In this document: piece after piece, positions 24,395 to 38,726 of the stretch
Layout: every line of letters starts with the position of its first letter
Numbering within the stretch: position 1 is the first letter of the stretch
Origin: Octopus bimaculoides
Lineage: Eukaryota
Length of the DNA stretch: 64,000 nt
Assembly (NCBI RefSeq): GCF_001194135.2
Contig: NC_068989.1
Location: 90,441,122-90,505,121 of the forward strand
Direction: 5' to 3'
Position numbers and translations under genes: made by a program
The notes under the pieces: generated by a model
Database searches by the model: none
Seen by the model: only the letters and a program-made list of their open reading frames with translations
What the model was told of the DNA's origin: nothing

Positions 24395-24520
24395 TATTGC
24401 GATGCAAGATGGGACTTGATCATCCCTAGCTGGGTCAACTTAGAAAGGGGATCTGATGTTAAAAGTGCCGAAACTCCCAGAGACTCCAGAAACATCAATG
24501 ACGATGCATCCCATCTCAAA
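24395..24520 (+). mobile_element. 3' UTR of the HERO-type element
   Basis: tgatcatccctagctgggtc...gatctgatgttaaaagtgccgaaactccc...catcaatgacgatg resembles HERO 3' UTRs as I recall them; it continues the element after the second LTR's TSD. Confidence 0.6.
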
Positions 24521-25973
24521 ACTATATGTATATATGCCTATGTGTATGTGTGTGTGTCTTCTTTGTGTTTGTTGGCTCACCGCTTGACAACCTGGTGTTG
24601 GCTTGTTCACACCCGTTGCGGCAGTTCGGCAAAAGATATCGATAGAATAAACACTAGACTTAAGAAATAAATCACGTGGCCGACTTAGGCGACTAATAGG
24701 CGGCGCTCCAGTATGATTGGTGTCCAATGACTCAAATAAGTGAAAGATCAAGGGTGACAGATATAAAAGAAAAAAATATTTTCGAAAAAGTAAAAACCAG
24801 AAAACTTCGGGAAGGGACAGTGACCTCCCCACAATACCCCACATTTTTTTTTATCGCATAATGGTTATCAACGATGCTTAAAACATTCACATCTGAAGAA
24901 ATCACGGTTGTCGGCTTGTTACATAAATTTCGACTCAGTTCTTTTGGAATTCCTTATTTTTTAGTCACGATCGATAATCAAATGTATTCCAACCGTGATC
25001 GTCATGTCTTCCAAGCGTAGTATTCTAACCCCAACCCCGGCTTCGTTATTCCAATATGTCCTTCGTTTTATCAAACTGTAGAAATAGTAATTTGAAGCAG
25101 ACTTGCCTACTGTTTCTAGCAGGGCGAGCGACCACAGGGAGCCTTCCTCGTTGACTCAATTCCAAATATCATTTTTGTTTACATGTTGAATTGTACACGC
25201 TCACATACACACACACACACTCACAGAATCTGTCACATCTACATACACACACAGAATCTGTCACATCTGCACAAACACACACAGTATCTGTCACATCTAC
25301 ACACACACACACACACACAAATAAGATTCTTTTTGTTACACACACACAGAGTCTGTCACTTATATGCACATGCAAACACAGGTAATCTCACACACACAAA
25401 CTCTCTCTCCTTCTCTCTCTCTTCTCTTATGCACATACACACAAATTCCTTCGTTCTTCCATTCTTTCTCTCTCTTTCTCACACACACACATACACATGT
25501 ACACAGACATGCATACACTCAGGTAAACACATTAACTCCCAACCTTCCTCTCACTCCCTTACACCCCCCCCCAGTCTTCTCCATCTGTCGCGGCTAAGGG
25601 CCAGAGTTTAGGGCTTTCCGTTAATGATCTCTGTCCCACTTCATTCTTTGATGTCATCCAACTATATTTCCATTTGTCTGTCATTATTTCTTCTTCTCTC
25701 CACAGTTCTTCGAAGAATGATCTTAGCCGTTATCCTTCCTCACGCGATTATCCTGTATGCGTGTGTATGTGTATGTATGTGTATGTGTGTGTGCGTGTAT
25801 TTCTATATGCGTATGTATGTATGTGTGTGTGTGTGTGTGTGGTGGAGGTGCGAGTATGTGATTGAGGGAAAAAAAAAACTAATTTAAAACAAGCGAAATC
25901 AGAAATTTATCAAAGAAAGGAGTAAAGGAGTGCATTTCATTTCGTAAAGTCTAATTCATCACACACAATGTAC

Positions 25974-26015
<42 letters not shown>

Positions 26016-26248
26016 TTTTACATGCACATGCATATATGATTGTGATTATATATATGTATGTATATACATACAAAATTGGTTATGAAACACGTGTAATCTT
26101 TTTATTATATTTATCTTATGATATTTACTTTACTTTATATTATACTCATTTATTGTGCTTTTAATTATTAATTTTTCTATATGTGATAGTGGATTTTCAT
26201 CGATGAGTTCTTGAAAATTGGTTATTTTCCCTAAAACTACATATGTAT

Positions 26249-26279
<31 letters not shown>

Positions 26280-26432
26280 CACACACACATATATATACAT
26301 CTATATGTGTGTGTGTGTGGTTATGTGTACGCGCGCGTGTGTATTTATATATTACGTGTGTGTATATCTATTCTTCCAGATATTTGAAACTTACATATAT
26401 ATATATATATATACACACACATACATACATGC

Positions 26433-26466
<34 letters not shown>

Positions 26467-27058
26467 GTATATGTATGTATATNNNNNNNNNNNNNNNNNN
26501 NNNNNNNNNNNNNNNNNNNNNNNNNNNNNNNNNNNNNNNNNNNNNNNNNNNNNNNNNNNNNNNNNNNNNNNNNNNNNNNNNNNNNNNNNNNNNNNNNNNN
26601 NNNNNNNNNNNNNNNNNNNNNNNNNNNNNNNNNNNNNNNNNNNNNNNNNNNNNNNNNNNNNNNNNNNNNNNNNNNNNNNNNNNNNNNNNNNNNNNNNNNN
26701 NNNNNNNNNNNNNNNNNNNNNNNNNNNNNNNNNNNNNNNNNNNNNNNNNNNNNNNNNNNNNNNNNNNNNNNNNNNNNNNNNNNNNNNNNNNNNNNNNNNN
26801 NNNNNNNNNNNNNNNNNNNNNNNNNNNNNNNNNNNNNNNNNNNNNNNNNNNNNNNNNNNNNNNNNNNNNNNNNNNNNNNNNNNNNNNNNNNNNNNNNNNN
26901 NNNNNNNNNNNNNNNNNNNNNNNNNNNNNNNNNNNNNNNNNNNNNNNNNNNNNNNNNNNNNNNNNNNNNNNNNNNNNNNNNNNNNNNNNNNNNNNNNNNN
27001 NNNNNNNNNNNNNNNNNNNNNNNNNNNNNNNNNNNNNNNNNNNNNNNNNNNNNNNNNN

Positions 27059-27107
<49 letters not shown>

Positions 27108-27670
27108 AATAATATTAGGGATAAAATCCAAAATTACAGGTAAAAACTCAATTAAAATCAATTTATTAAAAATCAAAATTAAATTAAGTTTCACAGTATA
27201 ACATATATATACACATACACACGTACACAGACATATATGTTTGTATATATGTGTATATGCGTGTATGTGTACACGTCTATACTGAGATATGTATGTGAAA
27301 TTATATATACATACACATCTATATATCTATCTGTCTGTCTAATCTATCTATCTATCGATGTATGTTTCATATACACACCCATGTAGGTGGTCGAGGGCAC
27401 TTGTTATATACCAACCTTCAGTATATGTCTACGTACATGGACACTGTAATCATACTTCTACGCACACATACACCTATATATACACACACGCATATAAACA
27501 CTCGCTGTCACTCTATATACGCACATGTATCCATACGGAACTATCACCATTTGTCATAGAATCTTTGGTCTCGTTACGATCAGAGTTCAAATCTTGAGCA
27601 AGTCGATATTGTCCTTGAGGGTGTATAAAATACATACCAATAATATATTGATCAATTCAACATCCTGTGC

Positions 27671-27788
27671 CAGTCATGGGAAAAACTGCGGCCCGCTGGA
27701 TTTTCAGACTGGCACGCCTATGTGCGGCTCGCCTGATGAGGAACCATGTCTGATGCGGCCCGCTTCTCAAAAAAGGTTCCCCTTGCTG
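27671..27788. mobile_element. hAT-like MITE remnant
   Basis: cagtcatgggaaaaactgcggcccgc ... gcggcccgc...aaaaggttccccttgctg termini; no TSD recognisable. Confidence 0.45.
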
Positions 27789-30714
27789 GGCCTTATAACC
27801 CTTTCACTATAACTTTGAAGCTTTGCGGTTGTTTAGCTTCAATCAGGCAGATATTTAATTAAAGGCATTCCAGATTTGACCAACGGTTCTTCCTTGTTTT
27901 TTTAAAGACAATAAAGTATAATCTAGAAGAGATTCGTTTACTATTTCTAGCAAGTCGGGCGACCACGTAGAGTCCTTCCCTGTTGCTTGTTGACGATTTG
28001 CTGTCTTCTATTAATTAGACATTCTCTTTACTCGACGAAGGAGCAACCTCTCTACCTGGCTGCTCTATCTGCTAGAACCAACAGCCAAGTTCCCCTCAAA
28101 TCACATCGTACCGTCTTAGAAAAAGGTCACATCGGATTTAGCAATGTTGTCTTAGATTCTTTGCATGAGGTGGTCAAGGCTGGAGCGCCTTTGATCCTAT
28201 GTCTGCTGAATCATGGCTGAGTAACACTAGTGACCTACTGTAATTCTTATTTATAATGTATGTTATCTCTTTCGTCACCTTTATGGCAAGAGAAATATTC
28301 ATAATCGTTTCCTTATTAATGTTATTCTGTTCACCTTTCACCCATGTGGTGCCAGAGTTCAACAGAACAAATATCATTGGAAAACTGTTATCGATTAATT
28401 TTATTTATCTCTTCGTGCTCCCTAAATGTTATTTAATTTCAATTCGACTCTGATCAAAGAGTCGTCCAAAATAATCTTAATATGTCCTTCACATTTATAT
28501 ATATATATATATATATAAAGATAGAAGTGTAATTTGAGGGAGATTTGGCTGCTATTTCTACCTAGCAGGCTGAGCCACAAAGTAAGCTCATCTCCTTATG
28601 GTGCTGTTTGATAAAAGTAAACATCAGAACGTCACACTTGAATGCCAAATAATTTGGCTTCATTTCCTGGTTGTTTGTTGCTGTTTCTGTTTATTCAGGG
28701 GAAGATGGCAATTCTAATAACCCTTGCTTAAGGGTGGAGGTGGGGGGGGGGGATATGCCCCCGTCTAAAAAAAAAAATCACATCCCCCCACCAAAACAAA
28801 ACTTGTTTAATCATATTATTACCCTTAATCATGTTATTGTAATTAGCAAAACCATTCTTTATTAAAAAAAAAAATTGTGTGAGAAATATTCTGTACATTA
28901 TAAGGCATGATTGTTTTTGTTACGTGGGAAAAAAAAAAATATTATGCCTTACACGCTTGTTTGTTTTATCTTTCTTCCCCGTAAAAAAAAAAAAAAAAAG
29001 TTAACTTTGCAAAAAAGCAAACAATGCCTTATTGTTGACTGTATTTAATATTGGACGCTATTGTTAATGGTTACCCTAACGTTATTCTGTGAGTTGCCAA
29101 CGTGTCCGTTCATATTGGCTGCCCGTCTTTTCTTGGTTGTCACCTTTTCGTTTTAACAAGGAAATAGTGTTTTCGCTGTTGGTGTTTACCTTAAAGCAAG
29201 CCCCACTCGAAGACAAAAAAAAAAAAAAAANNNNNNNNNNNNNNNNNNNNNNNNNNNNNNNNNNNNNNNNNNNNNNNNNNNNNNNNNNNNNNNNNNNNNN
29301 NNNNNNNNNNNNNNNNNNNNNNNNNNNNNNNNNNNNNNNNNNNNNNNNNNNNNNNNNNNNNNNNNNNNNNNNNNNNNNNNNNNNNNNNNNNNNNNNNNNN
29401 NNNNNNNNNNNNNNNNNNNNNNNNNNNNNNNNNNNNNNNNNNNNNNNNNNNNNNNNNNNNNNNNNNNNNNNNNNNNNNNNNNNNNNNNNNNNNNNNNNNN
29501 NNNNNNNNNNNNNNNNNNNNNNNNNNNNNNNNNNNNNNNNNNNNNNNNNNNNNNNNNNNNNNNNNNNNNNNNNNNNNNNNNNNNNNNNNNNNNNNNNNNN
29601 NNNNNNNNNNNNNNNNNNNNNNNNNNNNNNNNNNNNNNNNNNNNNNNNNNNNNNNNNNNNNNNNNNNNNNNNNNNNNNNNNNNNNNNNNNNNNNNNNNNN
29701 NNNNNNNNNNNNNNNNNNNNNNNNNNNNNNNNNNNNNNNNNNNNNNNNNNNNNNNNNNNNNNNNNNNNNNNNNNNNNNNNNNNNNNNNNNNNNNNNNNNN
29801 NNNNNNNNNNNNNNNNNNNNNNNNNNNNNNNNNNNNNNNNNNNNNNNNNNNNNNNNNNNNNNNNNNNNNNNNNNNNNNNNNNNNNNNNNNNNNNNNNNNN
29901 NNNNNNNNNAATCCTTATCGCCACTCCAACAACTAATTTTTATTATAGCTTTTTTTAATTAACAAAAAAATCTTGCTGGTGAAAAGATCAATGGGGGGCG
30001 GGGGAAAATTCCGAGGCTTCCACCTCACCCCACCCCATTTTTCGGATCCCCAAAAAGGTTTTGCAGCTTATTAGGAGGTCAGGGTACTTGATTCTACGCA
30101 AAAAACCCGAGTTTTTTTTTTTTTTCTTATTGCGAGTGTTACTCAAAAAATTTACCGGAACCATTAAAGATGAGAGAGACGAAGCCGACGAGAGGAAAAG
30201 TTTATCTGGAACCGTGGGCGGTAATTAGTTGTGGGTGAGGGTGGTGCGCGGTACTACTCTGGTATCTCCCGCCATCAAATGTATCTGGTGTGCTTTTCGG
30301 GAATAAATAGGAAGACGCTCACTACACGCTTGTGGATGATAAGATGGTATGTGTGGTGTCAGGTCTTCCTCTGTTTTGGGGGTTCTTAACTCGAAGAATT
30401 CTAGTAATATTCTGTAGTGTATTGTTAGTATTAGACAATTGCGTTGGAACAATATGGATTTAACCATTCACACAGACGCGCGCGTGTGTGTCTTTCTCTC
30501 TTTCTTGTTTCAGTCTCATTGGACTGCGACCATACTAGGGCACTGCTACCTTGAAGTGTTTTTAGTCGAACAAATCTACCCCAGTACTTATTTTTTTAAG
30601 TCTGAAATTTATTCTATCGTGTATCGTTGCCGAACTGCTAAGTTACGTAATATAAACAAACCAACACCTGTTGACGAGCGATGTCTGATTGGGGTGGGTG
30701 GGTGGATAAATGTA

Positions 30715-30922
30715 ATCCTTTCTACTCTAGGCACAAGACCTGAAATTCTGGGGGGGGGGGGAGGTCGATTTGATCGACCTCAGTACGCAACTGGTACTTA
30801 ATTTATCGACCCCGAAAGGATAAAAGGCAAAGTCGACCTCGGCGGTTTTCGAACTCAGAACGTGAAGACGGACGAAATACCGCTAAGCGCTTTGTCCGGC
30901 GCGCTAACCTTTCTGCCAGCTC
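30715..30922 (-). mobile_element. SINE family A
   Basis: Same core as 62166-62395, reverse complement. Confidence 0.85.
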
Positions 30923-31947
30923 AACATATCTATCCATCCATGGTGCGTGTGTAAATTTCTTTTTGACTCTTCGCACGTACACGTTCTTTCACTGGTTCTT
31001 GTCTTTGAGTGCAACCATGCCAGAGATCCTTCATCTGTATTTTATTTTTCTTTTGCGGTCGATCACTTCAATCCAATTTCTTATTTTAGTCTACTATTCA
31101 TTTTATCCGTTCCTATTTTTCCTAAATGGGTTAAATCATCTGAAATGGTTGTCAAACACCTAATACGGGAGAGAGATTGGGCCGAACCCGAATACACGTG
31201 GTTTTGATGCGATGGTCTTAACCGCAAAGTAATGCTTGCTGATATCTATGTGTGCATGTGACAACACCCGTGTTGTTTGTATCACATCCTCTGTGTGTGT
31301 GTGATATATATCCAATTCGTTCTGTATATCTCGTCAATGTATCATATATCCGAAAAAGAACATTCTAAAGCAGAGGTCGCCAAACTTTTTCTACCATCAA
31401 ACCCCTTTGGTCACTTTTCCTTCCGCATCGGCCACCCTCCTCATTTAAAATATCTTAATACCCTACCTTACCGTACCATATCTTAAATGCGTACCGGGTA
31501 CTGATGCTGGCAATTAAAATATTAGCTAAAATATACATGTACGACAAATTAAGAAATTCTATCGACGATGACACACTTTTTACATTTAAAACTACGTGGA
31601 CGAGTCTACAGTATTAAACTTTGAATTTTTATGAAATTGTTTCCACGGTTAAAAGATGTGAAAAACGCATCATATTGCAGGAATATCTTTCATTGAAATT
31701 GACATCATTGAGAGGGATGGGCATGGCGCTGACTAGGTATTCCAAGCAATTCATCTGGGTGAGCTGGTCTTTCGTACGCCGACCCCTTGGCTATCATCAA
31801 GCCCCTGTAATTCCTCGCCAACCCCCTAGAGCAGTAATGTATTAAAAGTAATTAATTTAATGTCCAGTCATATAGTGACCAATGGTTTCGCATCCACGGA
31901 GGCCTTAGCCTCGCGGACATCTCGCCAGACACTAAAGTCGAAGACAG

Positions 31948-31990
<43 letters not shown>

Positions 31991-32405
31991 GGTATTTTTT
32001 TTATAAGCTTAAAGCAATCACCGTACAAATGGCCAAGGAAAATGACCATTTTCCATAGTCATTTATTTGCACGGTGGTCGCTTTAAGCTTATAAAAAATA
32101 CCATTATTATTATTTACAGAATTGTAAAACTTGGCACCGCTTAGCAAAACCATTCACACCGAAATATATATACATAAATATATGCATGCACATATATAAA
32201 CAAATGAGTTAAATACGCAAACAACGAGAGAGCAAAAAGGACAAGTAAAACAACGACCCCTTCATCAGTTGTCGGCTCGAACCAAATATCAAGCAAACTT
32301 GGGACCGGAAGTGGCTCGAATTTCTGGGTTTTTCGGTTTCTTGGAGACATTCTAAATATACACTTAAAAATATAAAATAAATTATTAAGAGTAAAGAATT
32401 GATAG

Positions 32406-32622
32406 AAATTTCTAAAGCATGGTCTGTTCGATATTTATCAGTCCACTGAAGATTCCTAGAATCTGTTGTACTGTACCATGTATCCTGTATAATGTCTACA
32501 GGAACCTGTGAATTGTGATATTTTAAAGGTTGTTAGGGTGAAAGCTATAGGCGCAGGTGTGTCTATGTGGTTAAAAAGCGGTTTTGTTTCCTATTTGGTG
32601 ACGTCCTGTACCCATACATGCA

Positions 32623-32675
<53 letters not shown>

Positions 32676-33438
32676 NNNNNNNNNNNNNNNNNNNNNNNNN
32701 NNNNNNNNNNNNNNNNNNNNNNNNNNNNNNNNNNNNNNNNNNNNNNNNNNNNNNNNNNNNNNNNNNNNNNNNNNNNNNNNNNNNNNNNNNNNNNNNNNNN
32801 NNNNNNNNNNNNNNNNNNNNNNNNNNNNNNNNNNNNNNNNNNNNNNNNNNNNNNNNNNNNNNNNNNNNNNNNNNNNNNNNNNNNNNNNNNNNNNNNNNNN
32901 NNNNNNNNNNNNNNNNNNNNNNNNNNNNNNNNNNNNNNNNNNNNNNNNNNNNNNNNNNNNNNNNNNNNNNNNNNNNNNNNNNNNNNNNNNNNNNNNNNNN
33001 NNNNNNNNNNNNNNNNNNNNNNNNNNNNNNNNNNNNNNNNNNNNNNNNNNNNNNNNNNNNNNNNNNNNNNNNNNNNNNNNNNNNNNNNNNNNNNNNNNNN
33101 NNNNNNNNNNNNNNNNNNNNNNNNNNNNNNNNNNNNNNNNNNNNNNNNNNNNNNNNNNNNNNNNNNNNNNNNNNNNNNNNNNNNNNNNNNNNNNNNNNNN
33201 NNNNNAAATTTCTAAAGCATGGTCTGTTCGATATTTATCAGTCCACTGAAGATTCCTAGAATCTGTTGTACTGTACCATGTATCCTGTATAATGTCTACA
33301 GGAACCTGTGAATTGTGATATTTTAAAGGTTGTTAGGGTGAAAGCTATAGGCGCAGGTGTGTCTATGTGGTTAAAAAGCGGTTTTGTTTCCTATTTGGTG
33401 ACGTCCTGTACCCATACATGCATGTGTGTGTGTGTGTA
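32406..33438. other. Gap-flanking exact duplication, probable assembly artefact
   Basis: 32406-32638 is repeated apparently base for base at 33206-33438 on either side of the N-run 32676-33205. Confidence 0.8.
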
Positions 33439-33459
33439 TACATATAAATATATTCTTTT

Positions 33460-33650
33460 CAGCTCTAGGCACAAGGCTCGAAATTTTTGGGGAGGGAGCC
33501 TGTTGATTAGATCGACTTCAGTATGCAACTGGTACTTAATTTATCGACCTCCGAAAGGATGAAAGGCAAAGTCGACCTCGGCGGCATTTGAACTCGAAAT
33601 ACCACTAAGCATTTCGCCCGGCGTACTAACATTTCTGCCACCTCGCTGCC
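33460..33650 (-). mobile_element. SINE family A
   Basis: ggatgaaaggcaaagtcgacctcggcggcatttgaactc core. Confidence 0.8.
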
Positions 33651-34358
33651 TTGTTTGTGTGTGCGTGTGTGTGTATGTATATATATACTGAGACAGTATG
33701 GTCGTGGCTGGAAGGCCTTGTTCTGTTGACTCCAAGTTGACCCCCCCAGCGACCCACCCTCCGTCACATGATAACATCTAAAACATTAACGAGACGGACA
33801 GACATGCTTTCTGAAGATGACATTTTCAGCTGACCTCTCAGCATCCGGTCATTTGATCTTTTCACTTCGAGAAGACGAGGCTTAACCTTTGATGAATAAT
33901 TAATTGGACAGTCTGCCGCCAGTTGCTTGGTATGGCCAGCTTCTGCTGCTAGTATGTGTGTGTGTTGATATCGATATGTATATTGTATATTGTCAGTTTA
34001 GATATCGTTTGTCACACACATGCACCAAAATGGCATACGTCACACTAGTTTATGACTGCTTTTCTCTTTCTCTCTCTCTCTCTCTCTCCACACGTACACC
34101 TTTGTTTAAATTTTCAAACGCAAATCGATGCTGTGTGTGTTTTGTATTCTTTAATGGCTGCAGCTATAAGACTACGTCCCTGCTGGGGCAACACCTTCAA
34201 GACTTTTGGTCGATAATATTGACCTCAGCACTCAGTTCAGTCTTATACATACATTATCGATCTTTGAAGAATGACTAAGATGGCTTTTTTTTAAATTTTT
34301 TTTTTTTTTTACTTTTTGACAAAAAGGGGGATGCAACTCGCCATACCGGTTTATACTG

Positions 34359-34396
<38 letters not shown>

Positions 34397-34579
34397 GTGA
34401 CGGTGTTTCGAAGTGTAGAGACGTTTCTCAAATTCCACACAGCATATTGGTCAGTGCGACATTAGCTGAAGACACTTGGTCAAGATGTCACGCCGTGGAC
34501 TTGACACATGGTTCCACAAAGTCGCCAACTGATCTTCTTAAGCATCTCAGCTGTACTGCCTCTTCTATGGCTGTTTACT

Positions 34580-34950
34580 TTCTACTTGTTTCAGTCATTG
34601 GACTGCGGCCATGCTGGGGCACCGCATTGAAGAGCTTAGTCGAACGAATTGACCCCCCCCCCCAGGATTTATTCTATTTCTTAAAATTTGGCATTTATAC
34701 CAGTGGTCACTTTTGCTGAATTAAGTTTCAGGGACATAAACAAACCAACACCGGTTGTCAAGCGAGAGTGGGGATACAAAGACACTCGCAAACATATAAG
34801 TACATATCCACACACACACACACACACACACATGACGGGCTTCTACATAGTTTCTGTCTATCAAATTTACTTGTAAGGCATTGGTCAGTCCAGAGCTAGA
34901 GTAGTAGACACTTGCCCAAGGTACCATGTACTGGGATTGAGGTTTGATCA
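34580..34950 (-). mobile_element. SINE family B composite
   Basis: Tail, (ca)n linker and core in reverse orientation. Confidence 0.75.
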
Positions 34951-36874
34951 TTCATTTAATCTTATGTCTGTTTTGTTTTTCATGTCAGCATGGGTTAGAT
35001 GAATATATTATTGAGGAATTGGAATTCCTGTTGCAAAGCCAGTGAACAAAATATCACAACAATGTCACCTCTTGTAGCTGAGTAATTTTCAGACATTCCA
35101 TCATTTTTTTAGCATCCAATTTTCCATACTCGCATAGGTAGGACTGATTGCATTGAGGCAGATTTTCTGCATCCAAATGGCCAGACATGTTTTCATGGAA
35201 TGTTGGAAATGTATGACAATTGTTTACAAATATCATATGATGTCAATATAAGAAGACATTTGCTGAAAATGTTACGCAGTAGATTAGAACCTAGAACCAT
35301 ATGATTGTGAAACTACTTCACACAACAACATCTATACCCATTTGCAAAATGAAAACTAAACGTAATCCTTAGTAAATCTGAAGGTGGGGCTCTAACTGTC
35401 CTTCATATGTCCTCCAAGACTGATGGAATTTAATACAATTTATGTTCAGCTTGCACATCTACGATGTATAAATGTAAATGTATTATCTCTTAAGCCTAAA
35501 GTGGGTCCTTTGGGAGCAGGTACTCTTATCTCCTGTTTTAAGGTGTAGAACATTTGTAACAAATCTCTTCCTTGAGATAAGAGCTAAGTCTGCTGCTAGA
35601 TAACAGTCCCAGATGATTCCAGTCCCTGTGTAACTGACTGTGAGCTAATCTGAGGCACATCAGGTTGAATAAAGCATCTTTCTCTAAAACACAGCGTGAA
35701 GCCATTGCCGCAAGTTGCTAATCAATGCCCCCAACCGGATACAAGCCATCACCAGTTGATGATTCAAAACAACTCTTGTTGTTGTTTAAACATGGGTCAG
35801 TTTTCATCAAGCAGACTTGCCACCAAAGATGCTTCAACTGTGATTATCTGATCTTTTATTCAGGCATAGTGTATCTAGAACTACATTATCCAATGTGCCC
35901 TGTCCTTTTTTCTTTCTTTTTTACTATTATGATAGGTGCAGGTGAGGCTGTCAGGTGAGAAGTTTGCTTTCCAATCACATGGTTCCAGGTTCAGTCCCAC
36001 TGCATGGTGCCTTGGGCAACTGTTGTCTACTATATCCTCAGGCTGACCAAAGGCTTGTGAGTGGATATGGTTGGTGGAAACTGAAAGAAGCCTGTCATAT
36101 GTGTGTGCAAACTAATGATTCTTCCAACTCACTGCTGTAATAATAATAGTCTACTATAATAATACTCTTGTGTATTTTTCCGTCACAACATATGAATGAG
36201 AAAGGAAAGGGTGATAGACGAATAAGGAAGGCAGGGGGGATGGCAAACTTGTAGTGGGATGATGGAAGTTCTATGGTGAAACAAACTGTGAGTGTGTGTG
36301 TGCGTGTGTGTGTATATGTAAATGGGAGGCATGTGAATGTTTGTGTGTGTGTGTGTGTGTGCAATGGAAGTGGGATGGTGAACATTCAATGATGAAAAGA
36401 AAGATCAAACAGTGTTTCAACTCTGTGTGAGTATATGTCTGTGTGTGTGAGTGTGTACAAGGGAAGTATGTGAATGTTTGTGTGTGTGATTATTATGTAC
36501 CTTATTTTGTACCTTATTTATATATAAAATACTACGATTAGCCATCATTTTTGATGTTACGGGGTCAGCTGGTAATAATAATAATCCTTTCTACTGAAGG
36601 TACAAGGCCTGAAATTTTCAGGTGAGGAGGGGCTAGTTGATTACACTGACATCAGTGCTCCACTGATAATAATTCTATTGACCCTGAAATGATGTAGGGT
36701 AAAGTTAAGCTTGGAGGAGTTTGAACTCAAAATGGAAAGAGCCTGTGGAAATGCCATGATGCATAATGTCTGATAAAGACACTGCCAACATAATAATAAT
36801 AATAAGACCTGCTGTGACCCTAGGGTCAAGAGATGACCTCGGTTCAGCAGAAGATAACGGACCATATTTTATAA

Positions 36875-36905
<31 letters not shown>

Positions 36906-36930
36906 GTTTCAATTTTTACTGCAAGGGCAG

Positions 36931-37340
36931 CAATTTTGGGGGAGGGGATGAGTTGATTATGCTGACCCCAGTGTCCAACTGGTACTTATTTTATCGACCC
37001 TGAAAGATCGAAAGGTAAAGTCGACCTTGGCAGAATTTGAACTCAGAATGTAGTGACAATTTTGGGAGAGGGGTAAGTCAATTACATTGACCCTCAGTGT
37101 TCAACTGGTACTTATTTCATTGACCCTGAAAGAACGAAAGGTAAAGTCGACCGTGGCAGAATTTGAACTCAGAATGTATTGACAATTTTAGGAGAGGGGT
37201 AAGTCAATTACGTTGACCCTCAGTGTTCAACTGGTACTTATTTTATTGACCCCAAAAGGATGAAAGGCAAAGTCGACCTTGGCGGAATTTGAACTCAGGA
37301 TGTAGCTAAGCATTTCGTCCAGTGTGCTAATGATTCTGCC
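36931..37340 (-). repeat. Three tandem 126-bp units derived from the SINE A core
   Basis: Units start caatttt at 36931, 37057 and 37183; each contains actggtacttattt...aaagtcgacc.tggc.gaatttgaactcag. Confidence 0.85.
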
Positions 37341-37377
<37 letters not shown>

Positions 37378-38726
37378 TAATAATAATAGCTCTTACCATC
37401 ATCATCTGATAGCACATCAATGTTGTTTAGCCATCAGTCGTCCCTCACTGAGCTGATGGCTAGCTATGGGAAACAGGTAGTTTGGTTGAACAACTCAGTG
37501 CAAACCAGAGGCTGACAGTGAAATTATAATCACCTCTCTTAATTGTCTTATGTAATCTGTCTTAATTAACCAAACGGTTGCCGTTCAGCCTGTGTTCGTT
37601 GATGATTTTTTTTTTTAATCTGATTTCAGTATGTAAAGATACACTCGGAAACTAATCAGTCAGAAATTAAACCTCTTAATTGACTTACATTCGTGTATTT
37701 GACTGAGAGAAAAACAAATTAAAAAATATACTGAGCTGAAACACTTCTACAGAGTTAAGGTTTTGAAGCTAAACGTTCTGAGTTCAAATCTGGCTTTGGT
37801 TGATTTTGTTTCACCCTTTTATTTTGAGGATAGAAAAGATATAGTCGAGGTCAACTTAGTCTTTCATCATCATCATCATCATCATATCATTTAATGTCGG
37901 TTTTCCATGGGATGGTTTGACAGGAGCTGGCAAGGCTAGGGGCTGCACCAGGCCCCATTGTTTTGGCAAGGTTTCTACAGCTGGATGCCTTTCCTAATGC
38001 CAACCACTTTACAGAGTGAACTGGGTACGTTTTCCATGGTACCAGCACCAGTGCTTTTTACATGCCATCACCAGCACTGACAGGGTCACCAAGTACCTTG
38101 CAAAACAAAAAAACCCTCGACTAGAAGTGGGAGTAGTATTGAGGGAGTGTGGCTTTGAGAGATTTAAGTTCCAGTTAAATGGTGGGGATTGATTCTATGA
38201 CGAATTTCAGGCTTTTTGTACTCTCTTCAGCACCAGATACCAAGCAAAGCAACTCTAAACTGACTGGGAGACTTAGCTTCCTCTTTAGAAATAAGTAAAA
38301 ATTATCTACCAATTGTGCTCTTCGACCACCAAGCTGGAGCAAAAATATATGAGCGGAATGTGAAGCAGTTAAAATATATTTGGGACATTTTTGACTTGTA
38401 AAAAGGCATATACATACAAAATGGATGTTAAACGATGATGGTGATGAAAACACTTTATTTAAAATTTTTATTTTATTTTTAAAGTAAAAAAAAAAACTGC
38501 TGTTTTGTTTTAGATAATTACTTTAAATGAATTATTTTCTGCATTGGTAATGCATCTGAAGCCATCTACTAAATTCACTTACAAAACCCTAGTTCTAGGG
38601 CTTTAGTTGAAGGTGCTTAAAGTGAGACTCAAATTGAAACTTTGTGGTTGTGAAGTGAACTTCTTAACTACACAGCCATGCTTAGTTTATTAATGCCTAC
38701 AGCAACATGAATTAACTATATTTTGG

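Noticed and set aside
26218-27201. Long ORFs across N-runs (also near 5.0, 12.1, 29.2, 32.7, 40.1, 42.0, 54.5 and 59.9 kb)
   Set aside because: Their length comes from X residues in gaps and from (TA)n repeats.
27740-27785. CTGATGAggaacc...ggttc as a hammerhead
   Set aside because: No GAAA follows the stem; the region fits a hAT-like MITE end.
32406-33438. Recent tandem duplication
   Set aside because: Identical sequence on both sides of an N-gap ending at a (TA)n run is typical of unmerged contig overlap; the same applies to 63408-63736.
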